Shown: positions 36,601 to 50,667 of the stretch, piece by piece | How positions within the stretch are numbered: position 1 is the stretch's first letter | Layout of the letters: every line of letters starts with the position of its first letter | Source: Eledone cirrhosa | Lineage: Eukaryota | Length of the DNA stretch: 64,000 bases | Reading direction: 5' to 3' | Assembly: GCA_964016885.1 (NCBI GenBank) | Contig: OZ024741.1 | Span: 60,016,001-60,080,000, forward strand | Program-made: the position numbers and the translations under genes | The notes under the pieces: model-generated | What the model saw: the letters and a program-made list of their open reading frames with translations, nothing else | Told to the model about the DNA's origin: nothing | Database searches by the model: none

Positions 36601-39206
36601 CCCTCTGGGTCCAGGAAGATGGCCCGTATGGCGAGATCCAAACCTCTCCGAAAAAGCACAGCAACTCCTCCCCCCGATCCAGGACGGCTGGGAGATGCGT
36701 ACACATCGTATCCACCGAAGATCGGTGCGAAGGCCCGTGCTTCGGAGATTCTGGTCTCGCTGATGGCCACTAAATCTATGTTTAGTGACCTGAGGTCGTT
36801 GAGCAGGTGACCCTGCTTCCATGGCGACCCCAAGCCACGCGCGATTATGCAGCCTATTCTGAGTGAGGTCATGTTTAAAATAGAGTGGAAAAGATGGGAA
36901 AGACCACTTACCGTACTTTTCTTAGAGGAGGGATGGTCTTTCCATCCCTTTTCACTTGATCGTCTGGTGAAGGGACCGTTGAATCGTCCCTTCGGCTGTT
37001 CGTCGGCTCTTCTATGAGTATGTCCGAATATACTCTTCGGTTGAGTGTCCCTCCTAGGTCTCTGAAATCACCAACTGCGTTGGGGAATTTCGTTTTAATG
37101 TTAGTGGATTGTTTCTGTGCTATTTTTAGCAGTCTTATGTTAGTTGGCGTCTTGATTGGTGCTGGTATTATGTAGTTGTGTTGTGAAATATCTGTGTGTT
37201 CAATTATGTAAGTCATTAGTTTCTTGTTGTGTGTATTTATTGTCGTGCATTTGTTTTTCCGGGGGTGGGGGGTGGTTCTGCTATTTTCTTGTCGTTGTTG
37301 CTGGGTGTGTGTGTTTTGTTGTTGTGTTTGCGATGTTGGTGGTGGTGTTGATGGGTTGTTGGTGGTGGGGTTGTCGCCGGTGGTGATGGTGGTGTTAGTG
37401 TGGGTGGTGATGGTGTTGGTGGTGTTGTTGCTGTGAGTCTCTTTGCAGTAGCCTTTACCCTTTTTTCATTTCTTTCCTCCCTTTTCAAAGGCGACGATGC
37501 GCTGCTTCTGCGTTTGTGCCTTCTTACGACCTTTTGCCATCCCTCTCCCACCTCACACCACATGTCTGATTCTGTGAGGTTGGGGAGGGGTACCAGCTCC
37601 ACTCTTTCACTTGTTTTTGTTGGTGATGTTTGCACTGGAGTCTCTGTTGCAGCTGCATTTGGTATTGCTGTTGTTGTTGTTAATACTTCCACTGCTGCTG
37701 CTGTTTTTGATTTCCGTGGCGTGGGTATGGGTGCCACGGACCTATCGTTCCTGGTTGCCGCTTGTCCTGTTGCTGGTAGCCGTGGAGCCGGTTTCGGAAG
37801 GAGGGGGGTTTTCTCCTTTCTCAGGGTCTTCTTCTCCTTTCTCAGGGTCTTCTCGTTGCAGAAGGCCCTGTGGTGAGTCTTCGATCCACAGCGAAAGCAT
37901 TTCGGGCGTTTGCCCTCAACAGTTATGGGCAGTTGAGTGCCGTTATCGAAGTCTATCACATCCGGGATAGCTTCGATGTACTCCTGGTTGGTTTGGATTA
38001 ACATCTCAATGGAGGTGCCGACCTAATCTTCTCTTACTTTTTTCTGTACTTGCAGTACAGTTGTTTTGTCCTCGATTCCGACGAGGACAGACGCGACCAG
38101 CCAAGAAGGGGCCATCCCGGGGGGACGTGTGTCAGTTTGACCCTCACAATTTTTTGCCCGCAGTAGGAGGGCACCAACACCATTTCCTCGCTCCTTAGTG
38201 TCACTAAGGATTGAGCCTTTGCCTACTGGGGTGTGGCAAAAAGTACGTCTACGGTGGCATATTTCTTGCCTCGGGTGATGTGCGTTTTCCGCTGCCACAC
38301 AGACCCTAAGCCTTTTTGTATTTGAGCCTCTGTGGCTCTTTCAACCCTACGGGATTTTGTACTTACTGTACGGTACGTGATCGTACAGTGCTGTTGGGTT
38401 TTGAAAAATCTTTCCGCTACCTTGCAGATTGCTCGGTGTCCAGTTTTTGTCACCATCTTCTTCGCTTCCTCTAATTCCTCATTTGTTATGCGTATGGTTT
38501 CCAGGTTCTTTGCGATACCTGCAAACGAGATTGGTTTTTCTTTGCTGCTGTTGTTGTTGTTGTTGTCGTCAGAGCTGCTGTTACTTTTGTTGTTGCTGCA
38601 GTTACTACGACTACTGCCGCCGCCGCTGTTGCTGTGGTTGTTGTTGTTGCTGCTGCTGTTGCTGTTGTTGTTGCTGGTAATGCTGTTGTGTTTATGCTGC
38701 TGCTGATGCTGTTGCGGCTGCTACTGTTGTTTTCCTTGTCACTGTTGCTGCTGTTATTACGGGTGCTACTGCTATTATTCCTGACGCCAGACGAATGAAA
38801 TGGGTTTTCGTATTTCCCGCACACCTTTTTCGTCGTTGTCGTCGTCGTCGTGGAGAAATCTTGCTCGCTTTGCACGTGATTTTTCTTTTCTGGCGTCGCT
38901 TGCGAAAGAGAAGGGAGGGAGAGAGACAATCTTCTCTCTGCTGTAGTGACGATTGAGGAAGAAGAAGACGGAATGAGTGGGAGTGACCTATGAAAATTCG
39001 TAGCCATGTTATTTTTTTATTTAAAATAAATATTGGGCACAAAACCCCAATAGGCGGTTATTTAACCCCGAAGGGCCAAATAACGGGCAGAAAGACCCCT
39101 TTCACGAGGAGGAGGGTGTTTTTGTCTACAAGTTGGTTAAAGTTTTAAACAATTTACAATTGTTATAGCAGTCAAAATTTACAATACCTTACAGAGACGA
39201 GCATTC
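33610..39206 (-). mobile_element. Tx1 family A, copy 3 (both ends present, frameshifted, about 0.4-kb deletion in APE at about 36535)
   Basis: Colinear with copies 1 and 2; VYADD; sense start GAATGCT; TAA tracts at both ends. Confidence 0.93.
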
Positions 39207-39226
39207 AATAATAATAATAATAATAA

Positions 39227-39299
39227 TTGTTTCTACTTTTGGCAAAGGCGAGCAAATTACCCAGTACATTACTGGTACTTTATTTTATGTACTGGGTAA
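39227..39299 (-). mobile_element. SINE 3' tail fragment with 14-bp inverted duplication
   Basis: Matches 55319-55382; ATTACCCAGTACAT / ATGTACTGGGTAAT. Confidence 0.7.
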
Positions 39300-39316
39300 T
39301 AATAATAATAATAATA

Positions 39317-40447
39317 ATATTCTGAGATGGAATGTTGCTGAACAAAAAGAAATGGATAGGAAGACTAGGAAGCTATTGACTATCTACAACATGTTCCACA
39401 AGAGGAGTGATGTCGATAGACTCTACTTAAGGAGATCTGAAGGTGGAAGAGGTCTTATCAGAATAGAGGACTGTGTTCAGATGGAGAAAAACAACCTACA
39501 CAAATACGTGACTGATAGTAAGGAGCCATTGCTCAGAACTATACTGAAGGAGAGGAAAATAGACCAGGGGTTGTCCAAGGAGGAAATAATATCAAGGAGA
39601 AAGAGCAGCCTTCAGGAAAAATCCCTTCATAGTACCTTCTTTGAGAAAACTGAATTCAGAGATCCACAGACATGGAATTGGTTGAGTTGAAAAGAGGAGA
39701 CCTTAAAAAGGCTACAGAAGGAATGTTAATGGCTGCGCAGGAGCAGGCCCTCAAAACGAAGTGGTTCAAACACCATATTTACAAGGAAGAGGCTAGCCCA
39801 CTGTGCAGGATATGTGGAGAGAGAGGAGATTGTGGCTCACTTTGTAACCGAGTGTAAACACCTAGCCCAGACTCACTTTAAGGGCTGGAGACATGATGTG
39901 ATGGGCAGGGTGATCCACTGGCACCTATCCAAAGTAAACAATTTACCACATTCTGAGAAATGGTATGAGCATAAGCCAGAGTCGGTGATAGAAAACGATC
40001 AGATGAAGGTGCTGTGGGATTTTAGGATTCAGACGGACAAGAAACTGGAACACAATAGACCTGACCTGGTGGTTGTGGACAAAGAAAAAAGATTGTGCCC
40101 GATTGCGGATGTGGCCTGCCCATTCGACACGAGAGTGCAAGAGAAGGAGAGGGAGAAAATTAACCGATACCAGGACTTAAAGTGGGAGGTAAAAAGGATT
40201 TGGAACTGCCATGAAGTCAAAGTGGTCCCGATTGTCATAGGCGCACTAGGTACTATCTCAAAAAGTTTCCAGGGATGGTTAAAGAAAATTGGCCCCTTCA
40301 CGCTTTTTGGAACGCTTCAAAAGGCATGCTTGCTGGGAACAGCAAGAACCCTCCGATACGTCCTGAATATCTGAGGTTGCAGGTAGTGGCTTGATATTCA
40401 TTTCAACAAACTTTCCAGTTAACTAACATCAATGACTGAGACTCAAA

Positions 40448-40449
<2 letters not shown>
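39317..40449 (+). mobile_element. R4/Dong family B, 5'-truncated copy
   Basis: CRICG, WRHD, NRPDLVV, DVACP, EKINRY; (TAA)n on both sides. Confidence 0.92.
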
Positions 40450-40511
<62 letters not shown>

Positions 40512-40513
<2 letters not shown>

Positions 40514-43500
40514 TTTTATTTATTAGCCACAAGGGCCGACATGTAGGGGACAATACAAAGACAGGGACAGTGGGGGTTTACAATAAGGTCGAGTAAAAGT
40601 GCACAATGACAAGACTAATTTAACAATGAAAATATAAAAATATAAAATAAACTATGCATAAATATAACAAAATAAATTCCCCGATAGGGCGTGGACGACC
40701 CTGGGGTGATTCGGGTACCCCACCAATCCTGAACCACCCTGCGCTTCTAGGGCACCCAGGAGAGCACCCCTCTCCTCAAGTTAGCCAGCCTATAGGCGCA
40801 TGGTCAGAGTAGGCCCATTCACACGAGCCATTCTCGCCACATTCACCCACCTTTTAGCAAATGTACTGGGGGCAGCTCTTCTCTCTCCACCCTCACCCTC
40901 CTTTCCAGGTGAAACTTGAAGAAGTTGATGAGGGATTGGCCGAAGAGAAAAGTGTCTGTCTTAATCCTTTCAACCTGGTCCACCATATAATCTCTTTCGC
41001 AACTGCCACCAGACAGAGGAAAATGTCCTTCTCTTCCTGACCTAAGGAAGGTGGCGGCTCGATCTTCACTATGGACTCGGCCGATAGCCGGATTCGTTCC
41101 ACACGCGACAGTAGCTGTTCGACATAACTCCACAAGTTAGTAATGCACGGACTTTGGACAATGCGTGCAGAACGGTTTTGTCGTTCTGTGCGCAACTTGG
41201 GCAGGTCCGTCTGACAGCACTTCCGTGCCTGTAGAGTTTATCCCGAACCGGCAGTGCCCCCCGGTAGCACTGCCAAGCGAGGGAATTCTGGAAATTGTCC
41301 ATCGTCCCCGACTCAAAAGTCCTCCGGTACAGACTGGTCATTTCGACTTCGTCGAGGCCCAAAGCTTCTCCGAGTGCGTCATCGCACTTGTCCACCACTA
41401 ATCCTCTATAGAACTCGAGAGTGGAAGTTCCACTGATCGCATTGCCCGCTTGATAGAGGGCAGTGAGTGCCTGGCAATATTCCAGGTAACAGTCACCCAG
41501 TCTCGGTCTCTTCTTGACCCAGGACTGCAGCTCAGTCAAAGAAATGAGCTGCGGAAAAGTCCGTCTGATAAACGGCGACCACACCTGTTCACCATTGAGG
41601 CAGAATATCTGGAGATGTCGCAGCCTCAACGCATGTCTGCGCATCATTAGTCACGGCATGCCCAGCCCTCAGCGTAGAGAGTGCTGGCAGCAGATGGACC
41701 GCCTCACCAACGGAACTTGTCCCCTCCACAAGAATTTGAAGAGGAGCCGTTCCAACTTGACGAGGCGCGGACGGGGTCAAGGCACGACGGTTAGGCGGTA
41801 GTAGATGACGGACGCGATGTATGCATTCGCCATCTCCGCGCGACCTTTCAGTGATAGCTTCCTCCCAGCCCATTTTTGGGTGAGACTGGCTACTCTGCTC
41901 GTTACCTCGTCCCAATTCTTTTCCACCTGGAGGTCTGGTCCGAACCAAACCCCGAGCAACTTTACTGGTCCGTCCGTCCAGCGCCCCACGACGCTGTTGG
42001 ACGGCATGGGCTTGCCTCTCCAGATTCCGAGCTGCAAGCCCACCGACTTTTCCGGGTTAAGTTTGGCTCCTGTCAACCTTTCATATTCCTTCAATAAGGT
42101 GCCAACCACCTCGATTTCTGAGGTGTTCGACACCATCACGGTGATGTCGTCCGCATAAGCCGACACCGCTTTTCTACGTCCTGGTTCGAGCGGGATGCCC
42201 TGCAACAGCTCCAGCTTCCGCAGTAAAGGCTCGAGAGTCAATACGTACAGAAGGGAAGAGAGAGGGCACCCTTGATGGACCGATCGGGAGAGCCGAAATG
42301 GTTCCGAGAGGTGGCCATTAACCTTGACCACCGAGCGTGTGCCGCTGTGCGTTGTAACGATCCAGCTTCTAAAGACAAGGCCGAAGCCAGCTGCTTTGAG
42401 GACAAACTCCAGATACCGATGGTCGACCCTACCGAATGCTTTCGATTGATCTAAATGGATCAGTGCCCCACCGAAGCCAGGTTTACACCCTACCCTCTCT
42501 ATGATGTATCGCATGAGGTGGAGATTGTCGTGTATGGACCTGGCTGGGATTGCGCAAGTTTGCGCCTCCCCAACCAAATCCTCGAGGACAAGCGTCAATC
42601 TCTTTGCTAACACCTTGGCCAAAATCTTAAACTCTGTGTTGAGCAGAGTTATGGGCCTGAAGTTGTCTAATGTATCCCTCTTGTTCTCGTCTTTCCTTAT
42701 CAGCGTCACCACTCCCCTGCTCACAGAACTGGGAATACTCCCATTCTACTGCCAGTTACAGTAGAGTGCTTCGAGGAGTTCGGAGAACAAGTCTGGCATA
42801 TTTACGTAAAGTCGTAGGGCAGGCCATCCAAACCGGGTGACTTGCGCCTCATGCAGCCGACAAGGGCGTCCTGAATTTCGGCTGAAGTAATCGGCCTTTC
42901 GCAGCGCTCAGCATCGACCGTCGAGATGCGCGGCAAGCCGTCAAGGTAGGGACTGAAATCCGCTACTCTCTCTGACTCGCCACTCTCCCTGAACAACCGA
43001 GCAAAGTGCTGGCGAAAGGCCTCACACATCCGCTTGGAATCGCTTATCTCGTGTCCGTCTCGGTCCGCCAAAGACCGAATTGTGGTTTTATTACCACGCT
43101 GCGCCTCCGCCACGCGGGCCCATCGAACAGCTTTAGTTCCCTCGTTTCTCAGCGCACGCGCTTTAGCTCTGACAATGCAACCTTCGTGTTTGGCATTGAA
43201 GAAATGGTCTAATGCCATTCCCGCCGCTAGCACGTCAGTTGCGATGCCACTACAAATAGCCTCGTCTAACTTATCTACCAGCTCCCCCTCCTTTCTATTT
43301 TTCTCTAACGCTAGTTCTTTGCTGAACTCTATCGAAGTTACTCTAATCTCTCTTTTGAGAGCCCCCCACCATCTGTTGTTGATGATCCCCCCCTGTCAAC
43401 TTTTTCTTAACTAACTTGTTGACTCGGTCCCTGTAAGCCTTACGTGCCGGAAATGACATGTTCAGCTTCCAGTAACCCGGTCCTAACCTACGCGTTTTAT

Positions 43501-45997
43501 TTAGGTCGACCGTACAGGTCACAGATTTGTAATCTGAATAGGCGACCGTTTTAAAAAGTGGACAGCCCATACTATTTCTATCTATTTTCCTAATGAAGAT
43601 TCTGTCTATATACGATCTAGATGACCCCATTCGGTTGGTCCATGTCCATACTGGTACATTGGGGAAATCTAGTCGATACCTGTCAGACAGTTGGAACTGG
43701 CTGAGTAGGTGCTTGAGTCTTTTGCACCCCTCGCTCCTATCGGCTACTCCCAAATAATCTCAGCGTGCGTCTAAGATGCCATTCCAGTCCCCCGCTAACA
43801 GAAAAGGGCGAGACGTACCCAGAAAGGTCTCCAGGCGCCTAAAGAAGTCAGGTCGTCCGGCCCCTGTAGGGGCGTAGGCGGCCAGCAGTCTAAAGGCACC
43901 ACCTTCGCTACTGCTCACATCCAAGACCACCAACTTACCGTCCGGGTCCCGGAAGATCGACCTTACCTCGAGATCCAGTCCTTTCCTAAACAGCACTGCC
44001 ACCCCAACCCCCATTCCCGGCCTGCTAACAGATGCGAAGATCTGATAGTCGTCGAAAATGGGGGCTAGTGCGCGCGTGTCGGAAATTCTGGTCTCGTTTA
44101 CGGCAATCACATCCATTTCCAGCGACCGGAGGTCGTTGAGCAGGCGACCCTGCTTCCAGGGTGACCCCAGGCCGCGAACATTTAAACTTCCTACTCTTAA
44201 TATGGCCATATTGGTAAGCTAAGAGAAAGAGGGGGAAGGTTTACTCACCTCCCGGGTCTTGTGAAGGTCGGGTGGTTCGACTTCCATAGTTGGTGGGGTT
44301 TCTTTTGGGAACCCCTTTAAAATTCTTGATGTGGGTTTCACATTCGTGTTTCCCACGTCTTGAGGAAAGCTCTCTCGAATTTCTTTGAAGGAATTGAGTG
44401 ACATTCGGACCAGAAGCAAATCTTCTGGCACGCAAAATGTGCTCATTTCAAAAATCTCCCCCTCTGTTTGAATGTCCTCGCTTCGCGCTAAGAGGGCCAT
44501 CAGTTTATCGTTGGCCCTTCTGACAAGCACGAAGTTTTTAACATTTTGTTGGTGTGGTTTTATTTGTTTTCGTTTTGGTGAAGGTGGTGGCGATGGTTTT
44601 GGTGGTGTTGTTTCGGGTATGTCTATGTTTGTTGTAGGTGTGGTGTCTGCAATTTCAGGTATTTGTGTGTTTATTTTTACTTGTGTTTGTTTAGGTTGTT
44701 TGCGTTTCGGGGATTGCGGAGGTGGTGTCGATGTTGTTGATGGTGCTGATGTTATTGGGGAAGTGTTTGCGTTAGTGGTTAGTGGTGTCTGTATTTTTTG
44801 GTGTGTGTGTTTTTGTGTTTTGTTGGGGCTTTTTTTTGTGAGTTTTCTCTGTTTTTTTGCACTTTTGGGTTTTCCTTTATCTTCGCTGCTGGAAGACAAA
44901 GGGTCTGTGTCTGTGAGTGTCTCTGTGTCTGTGTGTGCGTTTATTTGTTTTTGTCTATGTGTATAATTGGGGAGGTAGGGGGAGTGGGAGAGCTTTCCTC
45001 GTTTTCTCCTTGGATTGGTTTTGGTGTTGGTGGTGATCCGGCTGCTTTTGATGTTGGTGTCCGTGTTTTTGTTGTTGTTGTTTTTGGTGGTGGTGGTGGT
45101 GGTGCGGCTTTCCGTGCTGACACTGGCGTTGGCAACAAAGGAGGTTTGCGACCCCCTGCATTTTTGCGCTGAGGGAAGAAGGCTTGAAGATGCGTTGCTT
45201 CCCCGCAAACGAAGCAGCGTGGCCTTCTTCCGTCAATCATTAGTTGGATTGTTGTCCCGTCCTGCAAGCGGGCAAAATCTGGGATGTTATTCATATCCTC
45301 CGGTTTCATTTGGAGAAGAATCTCCAAATCCATACCGGACCAGTCCTCTCTCTCTGTCCTTTTGATGTCCAGGAGGGTGGTGTCTGTCCCCTCCTCGATT
45401 ACGCATCCCAGCAGCCACCATATGTTCATTCCTGGTGGGATGCTGGGAATGCGTACCTTCACTGTCGTTTTACCCATATTGGACGGATGCATGATAATGC
45501 GTTCCGTTCTGCAACGGGTCACCGAGTGCTTAATAGCGAGGGCCTCGGTTTTGAACAGTACCGAGATGCTACCGAACTGTTTGCCTCCTGCTTTGTGCTC
45601 TATGTTATTTCCGATGTACCCCAAAGCAGACTCTACCTCTGCTTGGCTCGCAAGTTCCACTTTTCGTGTCTGCACCGAAATACATCGAAAGAGCACCGTC
45701 CTCCTTTGCATGGCCGCTATTGCCTCGTCCGGGATGGTCAGGTTTGCCCAGGACTTCTCCCGTTTAATTAGCCTCCACGCTTTGGCCAACTGTTCGTCTT
45801 TATCGCTAATATCAATATCAATATTCAATAAGCGCTTTGTTTTTGCTGCTGCTGCAGCAAATGTGGTGTTTCTGATGCTCTTATTGTTGTTGTTGTCATT
45901 CTTGCTGTTGCCACCGCCTTCCTTGTTTACATTGAAGCTGTCGGTGTTATTGTCGTTATTGCTCTGAATTGTTGTTGTGGTAGTGGTGATGATGTAC
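40512..45997 (-). mobile_element. Tx1 family B (diverged), frameshifted, 5' end missing; ORF2 about 40790-44209, ORF1 about 44219-45990
   Basis: MAILRVGSLNVRGL, GDWNG, SYIDRIF, HQGCPLS, AYADD; ORF1 knuckle RPRCFVCGEATHLQAF. Confidence 0.92.
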
Positions 45998-46740
45998 ACT
46001 GTGTACACTAAATATAACAGCCAGATAATGACAATTTCACCACCACCACCACCAATCCCAGCATCATAATAATAATTACTATTATTATTGTCTCAAGTTT
46101 TAACAAAATGTTTAATTCCAATTTTACGGGAATATCTGAACGCATATATTAAACATACGCGGCACAAACGCATAGATACTACAGATCAAACAAAACTAGT
46201 CTATTCAACACAGATATTAAACATACGCGACACAAACGCATAGATACTACATATCAAAAAAAAAAAAAACTCAGTAACGAACACGCCACCGCCGCCACCA
46301 CTCCATCCATCATTACTACCACTACCCCATAACCGCCGCCACCACTCCTTCATTGCTACCACCACTATTCCCCTGTTAACTTAAGAAAGGGAAAGGTGGC
46401 GGTATCACTAGACAAGGGAGAGGCTAGCAAAAGATATAAATAGATTGACTTAGTGACCTGGCCACCGGCCAAACGTCAACAACTATGTCACTCCTGGCTC
46501 CCTCTTCCTCACCAACAACATAAAAATCCCCAGCACCACCACCGACATAGCCAACAACAATAACAGGCAACTTCAGCAAAAAGTATATTATATTATTGTA
46601 ATGCACTGGGTGATTGCTGGCCTTGTGCCTGGAGTGGAGACAATTATTATTATTAATCATTTCATTCTTAAGCCACGCAATGCTCACATTAAGGAACCAC
46701 TCATGATAATAACAATTTAAAAAAAAAAAAAAAAAGAAAA
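45998..46740 (+). other. Second copy of the Dong-A 5' leader (5' part lost)
   Basis: Aligns with 12590-13210, including the SINE-tail fragment and A-run. Confidence 0.8.
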
Positions 46741-49700
46741 CCCCGTGACCAAGAAATACCGGGATGGCGGCCGGCGGGGAATAGCCGTGTCTCTAGAGGA
46801 GAACAACCCCTCTAGTCTTGGTTTACACTCGTTCTAGAAGTGGTAACACGAAATGATTACCCCTTGGCGGATAAGGATAAAACGTGACAAAATAAAGTAA
46901 ATGTCTAATGATAAAATCTCATACCGGCTCGGCCGTTACCCGGTAAAAAAGGGCCGCGTCCCTCAGAGAGGAACCAGACTGGGGTCGAAAAATCAGCTAA
47001 TGGTTCAAACCTTCCCATCACTTCGGAGCTGGAGACCTCCCATAACCGGAATACTCCTACTGTTGGCCCTCCATGCTCACCACCAAGAAATCCAAAGAAA
47101 AAGAGAGAAAAATAGTCAAGGGAAGATAATAAAGAAGTCCTTGAGGCTTCCTACACTGCCATGTACCCATCAAATACATCGAATACAGAACAGACATATA
47201 TCAACTGGAAAAAGAAACATCCCGAAAACAGAGGCTATATTGACAGTAACAAACTAGCCAATATACGAAGAAATATTGTAAAAAAAAGTTACTAACTGAT
47301 ATAGAAATTGATCAGATACAGCTATTAGCACAAAGTCAGCGTAGGGAAAATGAAACATGTGTCAGTGAAAACGAGGTAAATTGTAACACTTCGAATCCCA
47401 GGGTTGGCGCGGAATCACTGGCAACAGAACAAATTAAAGAAAGGAGCGAAAAAGTGGAGGGAGTGCATGCTCAAGATGAAACTCCAAATGAAAATAATGA
47501 GATCGTAAATGATAAAGAAATGAATGAGAATGAACTTGCCAACTTGAAGGATGAAATTATGATCGAATGGATGAAAATGAAAGAATCTGACATGGGGAAA
47601 CGAGACACCCTCCCTAAGATCCAGAACTCCAAACAGAACCAAAAGATAATACACAAGACTAACATAATTCTCAAAAACATTATCATCACAAACAAACTAA
47701 ACATTACTGATTTAAATCATCTCTATTATGCATCGGCTAAAGTCACCACACACTTATGTGGAGTGAAGATGAAAAGACAAAGGAATTCCCACAAGAAATC
47801 TACTTGGCAAGAGAACATCAATAGCCAAATAAACCTTCTCCGATCTGACATAGAAATTTTAACAAACTATAAAGTAGGTGAACATGTTAAACAAACTAAA
47901 CTTAGAAAATTGAAAAGAATGTATAGTATAAAATCAACAAGTGACATAGACATGCTGATAAAAATAATCAAGCAAAAAGTGTCGGCCAAAGCTGCTCTTA
48001 TAAGGCGCTTTGAAAAACGATCTAGATTCTATAAGGACAATAATATGTTCAGAAACAACCAAAGAAACTTCTACAGAAAAATTGGTAAGTCAACAATAAC
48101 TGCTAAATCAATACCACCCAAGGAGGAAGTGCAAGAATTCTGGGAAAAGATCTGGGCCGAAGAAAAAGTTCAAAACATACATGCCCCATGGATAGACAGA
48201 CAAATGAAAGATACAGCTCACCTTGAGGAACAAGTATGGGAAAACATAACAGTTGAACAGTTGCGCTTGGCTCTAAGAAAAACCAGCAAATGGAAATCCC
48301 CAGGAAAAGACAAAATACAAAATTTTTGGATAAATGTCTTCACAGAGTCTCATGAGCTGTTAGCCCAACTTTACAATGAAATAGTTAAGGAGCCAGAAAA
48401 GATACCATCATGGCTAGTTAACGGCATTATATTCCTGCTTCCGAAGAATGATGAGACAAACAATCCCAAAAATTACAGACCGGTAAGTTGCTTGACCACA
48501 ATGTATAAAATTTTAACATCAGTCCTAACTGAATATACATATGACCCCCGGATAACAAATGACCTATTTCCCATTGAGCAGAAAGGGTGTAAACGAGGCT
48601 GATATGGCTGTAAGGATCAGCTTTTGGTTAACAAAATGATACTGGAAGATTGTCATAAAAGACACAAAAATCTATCAATTGCTTGGATAGATTATAAAAA
48701 AGCATTCGATAGTTTGCCACACAGTTGGATTGAAAAATGTTTAGAGATTTTCAAAATATCTCCCGTTGTCAGGAGGTTTTTGTCATTCAGTATGAAGACA
48801 TGGAAAACGACACTCCTTTTGAATAGTGAAACAATATCACTGGAAGCTGGAGAAGTAAATATTAATTGTGGAATTTTTCAGGGTGACTCTTTATCACCGC
48901 TTTTATTCTGCATCACACTTATACCATTAAGTAAAATGCTCAATGAAACAAAACATGGATATAGAGTCTATGATAAAACCATTAATCACTTGTTCTACAT
49001 GGATGGCCTGAAACTATTTGCAAAAAATGATGAACAATTGCAAGGGCTATTATCCACTGTGGAGCAGTTCAGTGATGACATTAAAATGGAGTTTGGACTA
49101 GATAAATGCGCCAAAGCAACGTTCACCAGAGGAAAGCTGCTGAAGAGTTCAGACATTAATCTTGATCGGGGGAACGTGATAAGAGAACTTGATCAAGAAA
49201 AACTTACAAATATCTAGGTGTTTGTGAAGGAGACGGAATCAAGCACTCGACAATGAGGGAAAGGATAAGGAAGGAATGTTACCGCAGAGTAAGAGCAATC
49301 TTAAGAACGGAATTGAATGCAAGTAATAGGATCGATGCCATAAACACGCTTGCCATACCAGTCGTAACCTACAGTTACAATGTCATCAACTGGTGAAGCA
49401 CAGAGATCCGTAGGCTCGATACAAAAATTCGAAAATTCTTAACCATGCACTGAATGCATCACCCTAAGGCAGATATAGATAGAATATATCTCCCTAGGAA
49501 AGAAGGAGGACGTGGGTTAGTCCAGTTAGACATGGCGTTGAAAACTGCAACAATTGGATTATCTACATATCTAAGGGAATCGCAGGATTGGATGATCAAA
49601 CTCGTTTTGAAACACGAAAGCATAAAAAGATCATATTCCATTACAAAAGATGCACAAAGATACAGTAATGGACTACAAATTTCAGAAGTCGTATTTATTG

Positions 49701-50632
49701 CTGAAATGGAAAACACAGAAAAAGCAAAGCAGGTAAAAGTAACTGCAATGGAAAATACCCAGAACGAGCTAACAATCCTGATGTTGACAAAACTTTAACC
49801 CATCAGTGGTTGGCATCCTCTGAACTGAAATCAGAGACTGAAGGACTGATTATATCAGCACAAGATCAGTGTCTGCCAACAAAAAATTACCAAGCCAACA
49901 TAATAAAAAATGGATGCAGCCCATTATGCCGTGTATGCAAAAAACAACCAGAGACCATTGACCATATAATTTCAATGTGCAGTCCTATAGCTCCAACCGA
50001 ATACCTAAGCAGGCATGACAGAGCTGCACAATACATACATTGGATAATGTGTAAGCATTTTGACCTACCCCATCAAAAGAATTAGTGGGAGCATCAACCA
50101 CTTCCCATACTTGAAAAAGATGACATCTCAATCTTGTGGAACTTTAGCATCCAAACAGACCGAAAAATAGATGCAAATAGACCTGATATAATATTGAAGG
50201 ACTTTAAAAAGAGGGTATGCCTGCTAATTGATATGTCCGTTCCAATAGACAAGAATGTATCTATAAAAACATTTGAAAAATTGAGCAAGTATAAGGACCT
50301 GGAGATAGAAATTGGAAAAATGTGGAAATTGAGAACTAAAACAATACCAGTGGTTGTAGGCGCTCTGTGAATGATACCTAAGGGGTCTAACGACTACTTA
50401 TCGCAAATCCCAGGAAACCCGCGTATAGGAGAAATACAAAAGATAGTACTAATGGGAACTGCCCATATACTAAGGAAGATCCTGTCAATATAAGTACATC
50501 ACAAGTCTAAACACTAAGGATGCATGTGTGAATATGTGTGTTCTTTCTTGAACATGGCGGACCTTGTTGTCTCTTGAGGTCACTGGTTGTGACTTGGTGA
50601 TAACTCGTATAAACATAAAGTAAGATAAATGC
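46741..50632 (+). mobile_element. R4/Dong family A, copy D3, full-length but defective
   Basis: Colinear with D2; several stops and frameshifts; YMDG; ends in (TAA)n. Confidence 0.94.
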
Positions 50633-50633
50633 A

Positions 50634-50665
<32 letters not shown>

Positions 50666-50667
<2 letters not shown>

